Assembly: GCA_017622055.1 (NCBI GenBank)
Contig: JAGARY010000371.1
Location: forward strand, 1-39,067
Length of the DNA: 39,067 nt
Source: Treponema sp.
Lineage (GTDB): Bacteria; Spirochaetota; Spirochaetia; Treponematales; Treponemataceae
Direction of reading: 5' to 3'
Position 1 is the first letter of the stretch, and each line of letters begins with the position of its first letter. A program made the position numbers and the translations under genes. Shown here one piece after another: positions 1-9,909 of this stretch. A model generated the notes under the pieces. That model was not told where the DNA came from. It saw only the letters and a list, made by a program, of their open reading frames with translations, and ran no database searches.

Positions 1-53
1 CTCATATGTTTCAAATTTGTATTTTTCATTGCGAGACGTTAACCCCATTTCTT

Positions 54-138
54 GTCATTGCGAGGAGCGAAGCGACGTGGCAATCCTGTGTATGCACGTT
101 TTTTCACTAGATTGCTTCGACTGAAGTCTCGCAATGAC
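54..138. repeat. GTCATTGCGAG-type palindromic intergenic repeat (REP/RPE-like), complete copy
   Basis: GTCATTGCGAGGAGCGAAGCGACGTGGCAATC...AGATTGCTTCGACTGAAGTCTCGCAATGAC; ends are inverted; related copies at 4300, 19591, 20997 and 35049. Confidence 0.85.
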
Positions 139-279
139 TGATATAGGAAAAAAATCCCTATATATATAATTCCCTCAAAAGTGAAAATTTATGCAACTTG
201 ATGAGAAAAAAATGAAAAAATTTGATTTTTTTTGTCGAAGTCTAAAATGAGCAAGACCCCAAATGCATAGAAGGTGGTG

Positions 280-476
280 TTTTTGGCAGCGCCCGAGATT
301 GAGCACCACCGAAGGTGCCGACCTAGGGAGCGACGGCTGAAAGCCGGCAGAATGCTCCGGTGGAGCATTTTGAGCGAGTCTCCGAGCAGCTGTGCTGCGA
401 AGGCATGCGGAGCATGGGACGGTGAGCGGCAGCGAAGTGCGAAACCGAGGTAACCTAATCCGCTGCGCCCAAAAAA
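280..476. repeat. GC-rich multi-hairpin element immediately 3' of metK (MITE-like or structured RNA)
   Basis: Abrupt GC-rich stretch with imperfect inverted ends (TTTTTGGCAGCG...CGCTGCGCCCAAAAAA) and internal hairpins GCACC-accgaa-GGTGC, CGGCT-gaa-AGCCG, AATGCTCC-ggt-GGAGCATT, GCAGC-tgt-GCTGC. Confidence 0.55.
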
Positions 477-1700
477 TTATTTTACAGCTGCTTTTAAGTC
501 TTCAACTTTGTCGCATTTTTCCCAAGGGAATTCGGCACGGCCAAAGTGTCCGTAGCTTGCTGTTTTTTGGTAAATTGGCTGTTTAAGATTTAATGTTTTT
601 ACAATTCCTGCTGGTGTACAATCAAAAACTTTGTTTACTGCGGCGCTGATTTTTGCAGAATCCACTTTTTCTGTGCCGAATGTGTCTACAAAAATAGAAA
701 CTGGGTATGGAACTCCAATTGCATAAGCTAATTGAACTTCAGCACGGTCTGCCAATTCTGCGGCAACGATATTTTTTGCAATGTAGCGAGCCATGTAAGC
801 AGCACTTCTGTCTACTTTTGAAGGGTCTTTTCCACTGAATGCGCCACCACCATGACGTCCCATTCCGCCGTATGTATCTACAATGATTTTGCGTCCAGTT
901 AAACCAGAGTCGCCGTTTGGTCCACCAATTTCAAATTTTCCAGTTGGATTTACGTAGATTTTTGTGTTTGAATCTAAAAGTCCTGTTGGTTCTAAAACTG
1001 GATTAATGATTTGTTCAATTACAGTTTTGCGAATTTCTTCTTGTGAAACTTCTGGGTCGTGTTGATGGCTAATTACAACTGCATCAATTCTAACTGGTTT
1101 GTGGCCTTCGTATTCAATTGTAACTTGGCTTTTTGCGTCTGGACGAAGCCAAGAGATTTTTTTTGACTTTCTTAATTCTGTTGCTTTGAGCAAAAGTTGG
1201 TGTGAATACATTACAGGAGCTGGCATTAATTCTGGAGTTTCGTTACAAGCAAAACCAAACATCATTCCTTGGTCTCCAGCACCTTGTTGTCCTTCGTATT
1301 CGTCCAAACCTTTTCCTACAACACCTTGGTTAATATCGCTTGATTGTGCGTGAAGTTTGTTTACAAATTCACATGTGTTTCCGTTGAATAAAAGAGCGTC
1401 ATCATCATAACCAATTTGGCAAATAACTTTGCGAGCAATTTCTTCTGCTTCTTTTGCAATAATTGCCGCATTTTTGTCTTGTTCTTCTTTGGAACCTGTT
1501 TGGAATCCAATTTCTCCACCACACAAAGCAAAATTTGTTGTTGTAAATGTTTCACAAGCAACGTGGCATTCTGGGTCTAATTGTAAACATCTGTCTAAGA
1601 TAGCATCTGAAATTTGATCACAAACTTTGTCTGGATGTCCTTCCCCAACAGATTCTGATGTAAATAAATAGTGATTTTTGTTAGATAAGATAGCACTCAT
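477..1700 (-). CDS. metK: S-adenosylmethionine synthetase
   Basis: [33 protein letters not shown] and GGGAFSGKD motifs; start moved to ATG 1700, 7 nt after AGGAG. Confidence 0.98.
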   Translation of the reverse strand: MSAILSNKNHYLFTSESVGEGHPDKVCDQISDAILDRCLQLDPECHVACETFTTTNFALCGGEIGFQTGSKEEQDKNAAIIAKEAEEIARKVICQIGYDDDALLFNGNTCEFVNKLHAQSSDINQGVVGKGLDEYEGQQGAGDQGMMFGFACNETPELMPAPVMYSHQLLLKATELRKSKKISWLRPDAKSQVTIEYEGHKPVRIDAVVISHQHDPEVSQEEIRKTVIEQIINPVLEPTGLLDSNTKIYVNPTGKFEIGGPNGDSGLTGRKIIVDTYGGMGRHGGGAFSGKDPSKVDRSAAYMARYIAKNIVAAELADRAEVQLAYAIGVPYPVSIFVDTFGTEKVDSAKISAAVNKVFDCTPAGIVKTLNLKQPIYQKTASYGHFGRAEFPWEKCDKVEDLKAAVK

Positions 1701-1707
1701 TTTGAGT

Positions 1708-1821
1708 CTCCTATTTAGCAAGATTTTTGAGGATTTGATTCCCTTGCAAAACTTTTTTTCTGCAACGCAGCCTTTATAAAAGTTTTGATTTCGCCCTGCA
1801 ATTTGGATAAATCGGCGAAAT
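1708..1821 (-). promoter_or_regulatory. SAM-II-type riboswitch with long L3 loop
   Basis: Minus strand ATTTCGCC-GATTTA-TCC-AAA-TTGCA-G-GGCGAAAT, then about 66 nt, then TTGCTAAATAGGAG (RBS); has the SAM-II core (GAUUU, UUGC, GCUAAA) and lies directly upstream of metK. Confidence 0.8.
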
Positions 1822-1947
1822 TTGTTTTGTATTTTGTTTGAAATTTATTATGTTGATAATATACAGAGTATTGACATAAAAATCAACTCTTGCAATTTAT
1901 AGTGATTTGCTATATTTTATCTATACTATTTTTATTGGAGATTAGTA

Positions 1948-2268
1948 ATGTCATTAAAGAAATCATTTTCAAAAGATAAGACAAAATGTACAGTTACATT
2001 TACAGTAGAACCAGAAGCAGCACAAGGTGCAAAAACAGTAAACATTGCTGGTGATTTTAACAGTTGGAGTAGCACAGACACTCCTTTGAAAAAAGGAAAA
2101 GATGGTTCTTTTTCTGTAAAAATTGAATTAGAAACAAACAAAGAATATCAATTTAGATATTTACTTGACGGTTGCCGTTGGGAAAATGACTGGAAAGCAG
2201 ACAAATATATTCCAGCTCCATACAGCAACGCAGACAACTCTGTTGTTTGTACTTCAAAAAACAAATAA
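1948..2268 (+). CDS. Isoamylase early-set / CBM48-like glycogen-binding small protein
   Basis: VNIAGDFNSW, YQFRYLLDG-W-ND and DNSVV pattern; GGAG RBS. Confidence 0.85.
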   Translation: MSLKKSFSKDKTKCTVTFTVEPEAAQGAKTVNIAGDFNSWSSTDTPLKKGKDGSFSVKIELETNKEYQFRYLLDGCRWENDWKADKYIPAPYSNADNSVVCTSKNK

Positions 2269-2297
2269 TTTTTAATTTTTTTTATAAAAGATTTTTC

Positions 2298-2342
2298 AAA
2301 GCCGTTGAGAATAAAAGATTTTGTTCTTGATGGCTTTATTTA
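2298..2342 (+). terminator. Probable intrinsic terminator
   Basis: AAAGCCGTTGAGAATAAAA / TTTGTTCTTGATGGCTTT stem followed by a T-rich tract. Confidence 0.55.
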
Positions 2343-2425
2343 TTTTAAAATTAGTAAATCGTTTTACAACTGTATTATCAACAAAAATACTTTCAAAAAA
2401 ATCAAATATATCCGATACTAGAAGA

Positions 2426-3544
2426 ATGTTAAAACGCTTGAAAATAATTATTTGTGTTATATTTTTTGTTTTTACAATTCCTGTTTTTTGTACAACTATG
2501 AGCGCTGCTCAAGCTAAAGTTTACAGAGAAAATTTTGTTTCTATGGCTAAACAAAAAGTCGGCTCTCCTTATGTTTATGGTGCTGTAGGACCAGATACTT
2601 TTGACTGTTCAGGTTTAATTTATTTTTGTGCCAGAGAAGCTGCCAATAAACAACTTCCACGAACTGCAAAAGCTCTTTATAGTTATTGTCGCATTGTAAA
2701 AGATTCAAACCGTGAAGTTGGAGATTTGTTGTTTTTTAAAACTACAGCAAGCGGAAATGTTTCTCATGTAGGAATTTATATTGGAAATAATCAATTTATT
2801 TCGGCAATTAGTGATGGTCCTAACACAGGTGTTATTATTTCTTCCTTACAACAAGATTATTGGAAAGGAAAATATATTGGTGCTGGGCAATTTTTGCCTT
2901 CTGGAAAATCTGGTTTTGAAGATGAAGAAGACATAATAGAAGAAATTGCTGTTTTAGATTCAAACAGTCCTGATAGAACAAGTTCTTCTAGCGGAAAATC
3001 TGGAAACTTTAAAGGAAGTAGTTTTTATAATTCAAACGCTGCTTGGAAAGATTCTATTGTTTTTGATGGTTCTGTTAGTGCCAGTTGGTCTTTTATTTCG
3101 CCAAAAAGATTTTTATTTATGTTTAGAGGAATTGATTCTTCATTTAATGCTAGAATTACAAAATGGCCTTTAGAACCAGGTTTAGGATTTGGTTTTAAAT
3201 GGAGTGCAGGAACTGATGTTTTTCAATTTCCAATTTTATTGAGTTTTACTCTTAATGATTTTGTAAGATTTTATGCAGGTCCTGTTTTTACTGCTGGAAA
3301 TGCAAAAATGGTAGATACTGATAAAGATATTTCTGCTTCCATTTTTCCTGGAATTATTGGAGTTTCTTTTTCTACGCCTACCATTGATGCGGGAAAAGTA
3401 AAATTGCAATTTGTGCAAGACATAAATTATTCTGTATTTAATAACACAGGCGGCGGTGCTCTTTCTTTTTTGGAATCTATTTCAGCTGGACTTGTTTTTC
3501 ATACAGGAATTAGAGTTCTTCTTCCTTTGAATGCATTTTTTTAG
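2426..3544 (+). CDS. NlpC/P60 (C40) peptidase with C-terminal beta-rich domain
   Basis: Signal peptide; GSPYVYGAVGPDTFDCSGL, GDLLFF and SHVGIY motifs; acidic/Ser linker; amphipathic strands; start adjusted to ATG 2426. Confidence 0.88.
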   Translation: MLKRLKIIICVIFFVFTIPVFCTTMSAAQAKVYRENFVSMAKQKVGSPYVYGAVGPDTFDCSGLIYFCAREAANKQLPRTAKALYSYCRIVKDSNREVGDLLFFKTTASGNVSHVGIYIGNNQFISAISDGPNTGVIISSLQQDYWKGKYIGAGQFLPSGKSGFEDEEDIIEEIAVLDSNSPDRTSSSSGKSGNFKGSSFYNSNAAWKDSIVFDGSVSASWSFISPKRFLFMFRGIDSSFNARITKWPLEPGLGFGFKWSAGTDVFQFPILLSFTLNDFVRFYAGPVFTAGNAKMVDTDKDISASIFPGIIGVSFSTPTIDAGKVKLQFVQDINYSVFNNTGGGALSFLESISAGLVFHTGIRVLLPLNAFF

Positions 3545-3556
3545 TAGATTATTAAT

Positions 3557-4234
3557 ATGAAAAAAAATAGATTTTTCAAATTTTTATTTTTTACTTTTTC
3601 TTTTTTGATTTGTTGTGGTTTTTCTAGTTGTAAAGTATTTCTTTCTTTAACACAAAACCAAAATGGGGATGTAAATGTTGAATTTTCGGGCATTCCGGAA
3701 GAAGCATTTATTAATACAATTAAATCTTTTTTGGCAACTGATTCTGAATCTACAACAAACAAAAATCTAATTATTGATACTACTCAAATAAAATCTTTTT
3801 TGGTTAATTCCGAATTTACAAATGTGGAAGTTTCTAATCAAATTGGTGCGAATGTTGATATAAAAATGACAATCCCAAAAGATAAAACATTCATTTTTGA
3901 TTCAAAATTAGTTTTTTCTAATAATTCTGAGTCAAATTCAAGTTTTGGAATTGAACTTTCTCCTGCAACTTTACAAACTTTTTATGCCAACGCCGACGAA
4001 CAAATTATTAGCATTTTAGACATTTTGATTTCCCCTGCTTTCTACGGTGAAGAAATTTCCGAAGAAGAATATATAGAAACAATTGCTTCGTTGTATGGAA
4101 ATGATGTTGCCGCTGAAATGAACAAAAGCGAAATCTACATCACTTTAAAAAACAAAAGCGGCAAGACTCTTAAAAAATCTTTACCGCTTAAAACTTTGCT
4201 AACATTAAAGCAAGCTATAAAAATTGGATGGTAG
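3557..4234 (+). CDS. Hypothetical lipoprotein
   Basis: Basic N-terminus, hydrophobic stretch and FSSC lipobox; 12 nt after the NlpC/P60 gene. Confidence 0.7.
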   Translation: MKKNRFFKFLFFTFSFLICCGFSSCKVFLSLTQNQNGDVNVEFSGIPEEAFINTIKSFLATDSESTTNKNLIIDTTQIKSFLVNSEFTNVEVSNQIGANVDIKMTIPKDKTFIFDSKLVFSNNSESNSSFGIELSPATLQTFYANADEQIISILDILISPAFYGEEISEEEYIETIASLYGNDVAAEMNKSEIYITLKNKSGKTLKKSLPLKTLLTLKQAIKIGW

Positions 4235-4299
4235 CCATAACTTGCCCCGAAAAGTGATTCTCGCATTAAATACAAAAATGACACTCTATACAATCTTTT

Positions 4300-4390
4300 T
4301 GTCACTGCGAGCGAAGCGTGGCAGTCCAATTTACAAAAATCACTTTTTCAATGGATTGCCACGGCGTCCTTTGGACTCCTCGCAATGACA
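4300..4390. repeat. GTCA(T/C)TGCGAG palindromic repeat between convergent genes
   Basis: TGTCACTGCGAGCGAAGCGTGGCAGTCCA...TGGATTGCCACGG...CTCGCAATGACA. Confidence 0.85.
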
Positions 4391-4401
4391 TCAATTCTGA
4401 A

Positions 4402-5910
4402 TTATTCCAAACTGCTTCTGTCCAATTTATCAAAGCCGTCTGTAAGTTTTTTGGCAATTTCTTTAAGTTTTGCCAAATCGCCTTTTCTTGCGCCTTCAAT
4501 GTTCATTGGCATAACTGGATCGTGCAAACTCATGCGGAGTAAAATCCAACCTTGAACATCTTCGCCTTTGAAAGTTAAACGAATTCCTTCGTAAGATTGT
4601 GGCATTTGATAACCAGCATCTGTAGCACGTTTTTTGAATTCTTCCAAAACTTTTGTACCGTAAGATTTAAAATCATCATCATTAATCTTAAATCTGTATT
4701 CGCCTTCTTCTACCAAAGGAGGAAGTTTTTCAATTAAGCTATCAAGTTTTTTACCTTCTTTTGCTGCCTGAGCTAAAGCAATTACAAGTTTTACAGCAAG
4801 GAACGCACCATCATCCAAGAAATAATTATCTTTTAATGCTCCGTGACCACTTGTTTCCATTGCCAAAGGACTAACTTGACCTTTTGCATTAAGTTCTTTT
4901 TGTTTGTTGATTACGTTCTTATAACCACGCATGTAGCAAAGGTGTTTTAAGCCCAAAACGTCTTCCAAGAAATAAGTTAATCTGTCTGAAGTTACAGAGT
5001 CTGTAATAATTGTACTTCCTGGATATTCTGGAGCCAAAATTGCAGCAATCATAGCGATAATAGAATCGCGGTTTACTTCGCTTCCGTCAGATAAAACAGC
5101 ACTCATTCTGTCTACGTCTGTATCAAAAATCAAACCTAAATCTGCTTTATTGTTCAAAACTGCATTTCTAATTGCTTCCATTGCAGCTTTGTTTTCTGGG
5201 TTTGGAATATGATTTGGGAACATTCCATCTGGTTCAAGGAATTGGCTTCCTGTTGTATCTGCACCAAGTGGTTTTAAGATTTTGTCTACAAAGAATCCGC
5301 TGGCACCGTTTCCGCTGTCTACAACAATGTGAAGACCTTCCAAAGGCAATTTTCCGCTTGGAGTTTGGTCTGCCAAAGCATCAGCAATTTTCTTTTTAAG
5401 ATATTCTGCGTAAACACTTAATAAATCATATTTTTCAATGTAAGCATTGTCGTTTACAGGATTCAACAAAGAAGCAAGTTTTAAGATTTCTGTAATGTCG
5501 TCGTGTTCAAGTCCGCCATCTTTATCAAAAAACTTAATTCCGTTTCTGTTAAAAGGAAGATGGCTTGCTGTAATCATTGCAGAACCTTGGAATGCTGTGT
5601 CTGCAAAAACAATAGACATAAACATTGCTGGAGTTGTTGCCATTCCACAATCAACAACTTTTGCACCTGCACTTACCATTCCGGCAATTAATCCGTCTGC
5701 CAAAGCTGGCCCAGAAACTCTAGAGTCGCGACCAACACCAATTGTCAATGCAGTTGCATCGCAATCAAGTTTTTTTGCCAACCAACTAACGTAAGCACAA
5801 CCAATTTGTTTTACAATATCAGGAGTTAAATTTACGTTTTCTCCTTCCACACCTTCTATAGCAACGCCACGAACGTCACTTCCGTTTTGCAATTTCAATA
5901 ATTCACTCAT
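4402..5910 (-). CDS. Phosphomannomutase/phosphoglucomutase (alpha-D-phosphohexomutase)
   Basis: GSDVRG, TASH phosphoserine loop, DTDVDR metal loop and METSGH; start likely ATG 5910. Confidence 0.93.
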   Translation of the reverse strand: MSELLKLQNGSDVRGVAIEGVEGENVNLTPDIVKQIGCAYVSWLAKKLDCDATALTIGVGRDSRVSGPALADGLIAGMVSAGAKVVDCGMATTPAMFMSIVFADTAFQGSAMITASHLPFNRNGIKFFDKDGGLEHDDITEILKLASLLNPVNDNAYIEKYDLLSVYAEYLKKKIADALADQTPSGKLPLEGLHIVVDSGNGASGFFVDKILKPLGADTTGSQFLEPDGMFPNHIPNPENKAAMEAIRNAVLNNKADLGLIFDTDVDRMSAVLSDGSEVNRDSIIAMIAAILAPEYPGSTIITDSVTSDRLTYFLEDVLGLKHLCYMRGYKNVINKQKELNAKGQVSPLAMETSGHGALKDNYFLDDGAFLAVKLVIALAQAAKEGKKLDSLIEKLPPLVEEGEYRFKINDDDFKSYGTKVLEEFKKRATDAGYQMPQSYEGIRLTFKGEDVQGWILLRMSLHDPVMPMNIEGARKGDLAKLKEIAKKLTDGFDKLDRSSLE

Positions 5911-6027
5911 AATTTTATTATAATACATTTTCTATTAACTGTCATTGAGAGATTTTGCTTAAAACATTCCATATTTCGTTTTTTACCACGGATAGAATAA
6001 TTCTTTACAAAGTGATATTCTATCATC

Positions 6028-6822
6028 ATGAAAATTTCGGAAGTGATTCAAAAATCTAGAAAAATCGTAATTAAAATTGGTTCAAATACTCTTGCAAAAG
6101 AAGATGGAACTCAAAACACAGAATTTATGCAAAATTTTGCTCGTCAATGTAGCAATTTAATTAAACAAGGCAAACAGATTGTTTTGGTTTCTTCTGGAGC
6201 ACAAGTTGCGGGAGTTTCTACAACAAAAGAATGGGCGCGCAAAAAAGATGTTCATTATCGTCAGGCTCTTTGTTCAATTGGGCAAGTTGAATTAATGCAT
6301 CAGTGGCGAAAAGCTTTTGCTATGGAAAATCTTCACATTGGGCAACTTTTACTTACAAAAGACGATTTTGAAAACGAACATCGCTCGCTAAACATTAGAA
6401 ATACACTTTTTACACTTGTTGATGAAGGCGTTGTTCCAATTATTAACGAAAATGATAGCGTTAGTTTTGACGAAATTAAAATTGGAGATAACGACAATCT
6501 TTCGGCATTAACAGCAATTCTTTGGAGTGCCGATTTATTGATTTTGTTCACCGACGAAAACGGAATTTACACAGATAATCCAAAAACAAACAAAGACGCA
6601 AAATTAATTGAAGTTGTTGAATCTATTCCTGAACTTAGAAAATCAATTAAAATTGGCGAAACAAATGCTTTTGGAACTGGCGGAATTGAAACAAAAATTC
6701 AAGCAGCCGAAAAAACAACAGTTTACGGAATCCCAATGATTTTGGCAAACGGAAGAGTTGAAAATTCCCTTGAAGATTTAACAAAAGATTCTGCAAAAGG
6801 CACATTATTTTTGGGTGAATAG
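6028..6822 (+). CDS. proB: Glutamate 5-kinase (no PUA domain)
   Basis: VIKIGSN, VSSGA, PIINEND, GDNDNLSA and GTGGIETK motifs; 264 aa. Confidence 0.95.
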   Translation: MKISEVIQKSRKIVIKIGSNTLAKEDGTQNTEFMQNFARQCSNLIKQGKQIVLVSSGAQVAGVSTTKEWARKKDVHYRQALCSIGQVELMHQWRKAFAMENLHIGQLLLTKDDFENEHRSLNIRNTLFTLVDEGVVPIINENDSVSFDEIKIGDNDNLSALTAILWSADLLILFTDENGIYTDNPKTNKDAKLIEVVESIPELRKSIKIGETNAFGTGGIETKIQAAEKTTVYGIPMILANGRVENSLEDLTKDSAKGTLFLGE

Positions 6823-6844
6823 TCTATAACACGGAGGCATTTAT

Positions 6845-7642
6845 ATGGATATTAATACAAAAATTTCCTGCATTGGAACTGGCGCAATGGGCGGTGCAAT
6901 TATTGGTGCACTGGCAAAAAAATATAAAAATATTTCTGTTACAGACAAAAACGCTGCCTTTGGAAAATCTTTTGCAGAAAAAAACAATTGTACTTTTGTA
7001 GAAAAAAATGCAGATGTAATTAAAGATTCAAAATACATTTTTATTGCAGTAAAACCACAATTTTTAGATGAAGTTTTTGCAGAAATTTCTTCATCAATTA
7101 CAGAAAATCAAGTTGTAATTTCTATGGCAGCCGGCGTAAAAATTGAAAAATTAAATAATTTTGCTCCAAAAGCCAGATTCATTCGCATAATGCCAAATGT
7201 TTGTGCTTCAATTCAAGAATCAATGATTTCTGTTTGTTGCAATTCAAATATTAAAGCGGAAGAATTAAACCAAGCTAAAGAACTTTTAAGTGAATGTGGT
7301 ATTGTAGAAGAAGTTCCAGAAAAGTTAATGGATTGTGTAACAGCCGTTAGTGGTTCAGGACCCGCTTTTGTGTTTATGTTCATAGAAGCAATTGCCGACG
7401 CTGCAGTTCGTTGTGGAATGCCAAGACAACAAGCTTACACTTATGCAGCACAAACAGTAAAAGGTTCAGCTGAACTTGTTTTGCAAACTAAAAAACATCC
7501 AGCCGAATTAAAAGATATGGTTTGTTCACCAGCAGGCACAACAATTGAAGGCGTTTCTGTTTTAGAAGAAAACGGATTCCGCAACGCAGTTATAAAAGCA
7601 ATCTGTGCTGCAAACCAAAAATCAATTGATTTAGGAAAATAG
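6845..7642 (+). CDS. proC: Pyrroline-5-carboxylate reductase
   Basis: IGTGAMG, AVKPQ, RIMPN, SGSGPA and VCSPAGTTI motifs. Confidence 0.96.
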   Translation: MDINTKISCIGTGAMGGAIIGALAKKYKNISVTDKNAAFGKSFAEKNNCTFVEKNADVIKDSKYIFIAVKPQFLDEVFAEISSSITENQVVISMAAGVKIEKLNNFAPKARFIRIMPNVCASIQESMISVCCNSNIKAEELNQAKELLSECGIVEEVPEKLMDCVTAVSGSGPAFVFMFIEAIADAAVRCGMPRQQAYTYAAQTVKGSAELVLQTKKHPAELKDMVCSPAGTTIEGVSVLEENGFRNAVIKAICAANQKSIDLGK

Positions 7643-7649
7643 AATCAAT

Positions 7650-8852
7650 CTATTCTGCACGAACTGTTCCTTTGTCTATTGTTTGATTATCGCTTTCCAA
7701 AATGCGAATGCAAGGTTCAGTTCGTTCCATAATCAATGGGAAATGTTCAGGAACTAACAACATTGTTTCACCATCAGTTTCCATAATGATTGGTTTATCG
7801 TAATAAATCTTAATTTTTTCGGCAGTATGAAGAGTTGCCAAATCTGGACCAAAAGAACCATCAACAAAGTGATGATTTTCAAGCATCAACTTTAACAAAC
7901 CTAATTTTGGAGTTACACAAACGTTATGATGATTTGGGAAAATCACATGACCGCCACCGTAAACTCTGTATCCAGACGCACCAACAGTAAACATTTCTAT
8001 TGGAGTTGTAATTTCTTCTGTCTTATTACCATCTTTATCATAAAGTTCAAAACGTCCAGTTCCTGGTGGGAAAGTTGGATCATACAAAAGTCCACTTAAA
8101 GGAACACAAAGGTGATAAAAGTTTCCAGGAAGTCGTTTTTTAATAAAATCAGTTAAATACGCAACATAAGCATCAATACCAATACTTGTAATATTAAATG
8201 CAAACCATGGAGTATCTTTTATTCTTTCGTCATATTTATCAGAGAATTTTCGTGGATCTTTTCCGTAAGCTTTAATCTGTTCTTCTGTAGGATTTCCTTC
8301 GTAATAAACTTTTACCGCTTTTGCATTTGCAAAATGAAGTGGACCTTCAAGCAATTCAATAGTTTCTTCCAAAGAATGACCGTCTGTTCCGTCGTTTCCT
8401 GTTCCAAGTGGCAAACGTAAAATTGTAATTTTGTTCATTACAACGTCTCGTTTTGTTTCAGATTCATAAGCTGCTTTTATAAGGGCTGTTTGAACTTCCT
8501 GACAAGTTCCATCACCACCAGCAGTAACCAAAAGACAAACAATATCATCATCAAGAGCTGCATATTCTGCAATTACAGCATCTGTTAATTCACGGGCATG
8601 ATTTGCATATTTTGTTCTGTAAATTTTTGATTCAACTGACTGAGTAACAGTTGGTTTAGATAAATTTCTTAAAACTGCATCTGCTAAAATATTCTTTAAT
8701 TTTGTTGATTTTTTTCTGTGAGTAAAACAACCTGCAGTTTTATTTGCAATAACTGTAATTACAACCTTCTTGTTTTCCCATAATTTATTTTTAGATACCA
8801 AACAAGAAATAGCTTCAGCAACATAAGCTGGTGATAATAAATTTTCTTTCAT
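7650..8852 (-). CDS. Diacylglycerol/lipid kinase family protein
   Basis: AGGDGT, LPLGTGND and ETDGE motifs; start uncertain (8852 or 8870). Confidence 0.8.
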   Translation of the reverse strand: MKENLLSPAYVAEAISCLVSKNKLWENKKVVITVIANKTAGCFTHRKKSTKLKNILADAVLRNLSKPTVTQSVESKIYRTKYANHARELTDAVIAEYAALDDDIVCLLVTAGGDGTCQEVQTALIKAAYESETKRDVVMNKITILRLPLGTGNDGTDGHSLEETIELLEGPLHFANAKAVKVYYEGNPTEEQIKAYGKDPRKFSDKYDERIKDTPWFAFNITSIGIDAYVAYLTDFIKKRLPGNFYHLCVPLSGLLYDPTFPPGTGRFELYDKDGNKTEEITTPIEMFTVGASGYRVYGGGHVIFPNHHNVCVTPKLGLLKLMLENHHFVDGSFGPDLATLHTAEKIKIYYDKPIIMETDGETMLLVPEHFPLIMERTEPCIRILESDNQTIDKGTVRAE

Positions 8853-8961
8853 TTTAAAACTATACGACATAAATAATAAAATTGTCAATAAAAAATGCTG
8901 GCATACAAAACATTTACACAATAATGTTGAAAACAAAAGAAAAAAAGATTATTTTAACTCT

Positions 8962-9879
8962 ATGCATTTAAAAGATTTTGAACAGATAAAAGATAAAATC
9001 AATACACAATATTTATTTGGAAGTGATAGTTCTTTAGCTAATTTGTATTTGTTAAAAGATGTTTTAAATATTTTATGTTACCAAAAAAATGATATTTTAT
9101 TCCGCCAATACGATTTTACTGATAATATAAAAGGCTTTGCATTCCCAATTTCATTAAATCCTGATTTTACAATTGAAGAAGTTTTTGAACATTTTTTTAA
9201 AGAAATTAACAAAAATTCAGATGAAAATATTCATTTTTGCTATTTTACAGAAGAACAAAAGGCACTTTTTGATAAATTTTTGCAAAAAAAAGGGCACTCT
9301 GTTGAATGGAACTCAAAACGCGAAGACAGCGACTATTTGTATTTACAATCAGATTTAGCAGATTTACCTGGTTCAGAATATCAAAAAAAGCGAAATCACG
9401 TATCAAAATTCATCAAAAAACACGAAAAAGAATATTCATTTACATATTTTGATGCTTCAACAATCACACCTAAAATAAAAGAAGATTTTGTAAAAGTTAC
9501 AAAAAAATGGTTATGTGAATTTTCTGGAAATATTGATAATACAGTGGCAAATGAAAGCAAATCTATGGAATTTGCAGTAAATCATCTGTCCTCTTTTGAT
9601 TTTTTTGGTGGAATTTTATACATAAAAGAAAAACCAAGAGCAATCACTTTGGCAAGCAAAATCTCTGAAAAAGTAATAGATATCCACTTTGAAAAATGTC
9701 TTTCTGAAGCAGCAAAAGACGGTGGCTACGCAATGATAAACAATCTTTTTGCCAAAGAATGTAAAAAATTTAAATATATAAATCGGGAAGAAGATTTAGG
9801 AATTGAAGGATTACGAAAAGCAAAACTTTCTTATAAACCAGAAATCATTTTAGATAAATATTATGGAAAGTTGATTTGA
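8962..9879 (+). CDS. DUF2156 / phosphatidylglycerol lysyltransferase-like GNAT protein
   Basis: DYLY..DLADLPG..YQKKRNH, IHFEK and INREEDLGIEGLRKAKLSYKP signature. Confidence 0.88.
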   Translation: MHLKDFEQIKDKINTQYLFGSDSSLANLYLLKDVLNILCYQKNDILFRQYDFTDNIKGFAFPISLNPDFTIEEVFEHFFKEINKNSDENIHFCYFTEEQKALFDKFLQKKGHSVEWNSKREDSDYLYLQSDLADLPGSEYQKKRNHVSKFIKKHEKEYSFTYFDASTITPKIKEDFVKVTKKWLCEFSGNIDNTVANESKSMEFAVNHLSSFDFFGGILYIKEKPRAITLASKISEKVIDIHFEKCLSEAAKDGGYAMINNLFAKECKKFKYINREEDLGIEGLRKAKLSYKPEIILDKYYGKLI

Positions 9880-9909
9880 TAAAAAAATGACAAAATTTGC
9901 AAATTTTCT

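Noticed and set aside
280-476. tRNA, tmRNA, RNase P or SRP RNA
   Set aside because: I could not find a T-loop/CCA end or the conserved cores of these RNAs on either strand by eye
392-586. 64-aa ORF; likewise 36886-37086, 20811-21014, 19547-19786 and the small ORFs at 4135-4542
   Set aside because: Translations of palindromic repeats or antisense gene ends; no RBS or domain support
1701-1721. TTG start for metK from the ORF track
   Set aside because: It overlaps the riboswitch 3' strand and RBS; ATG 1700 has proper AGGAG spacing
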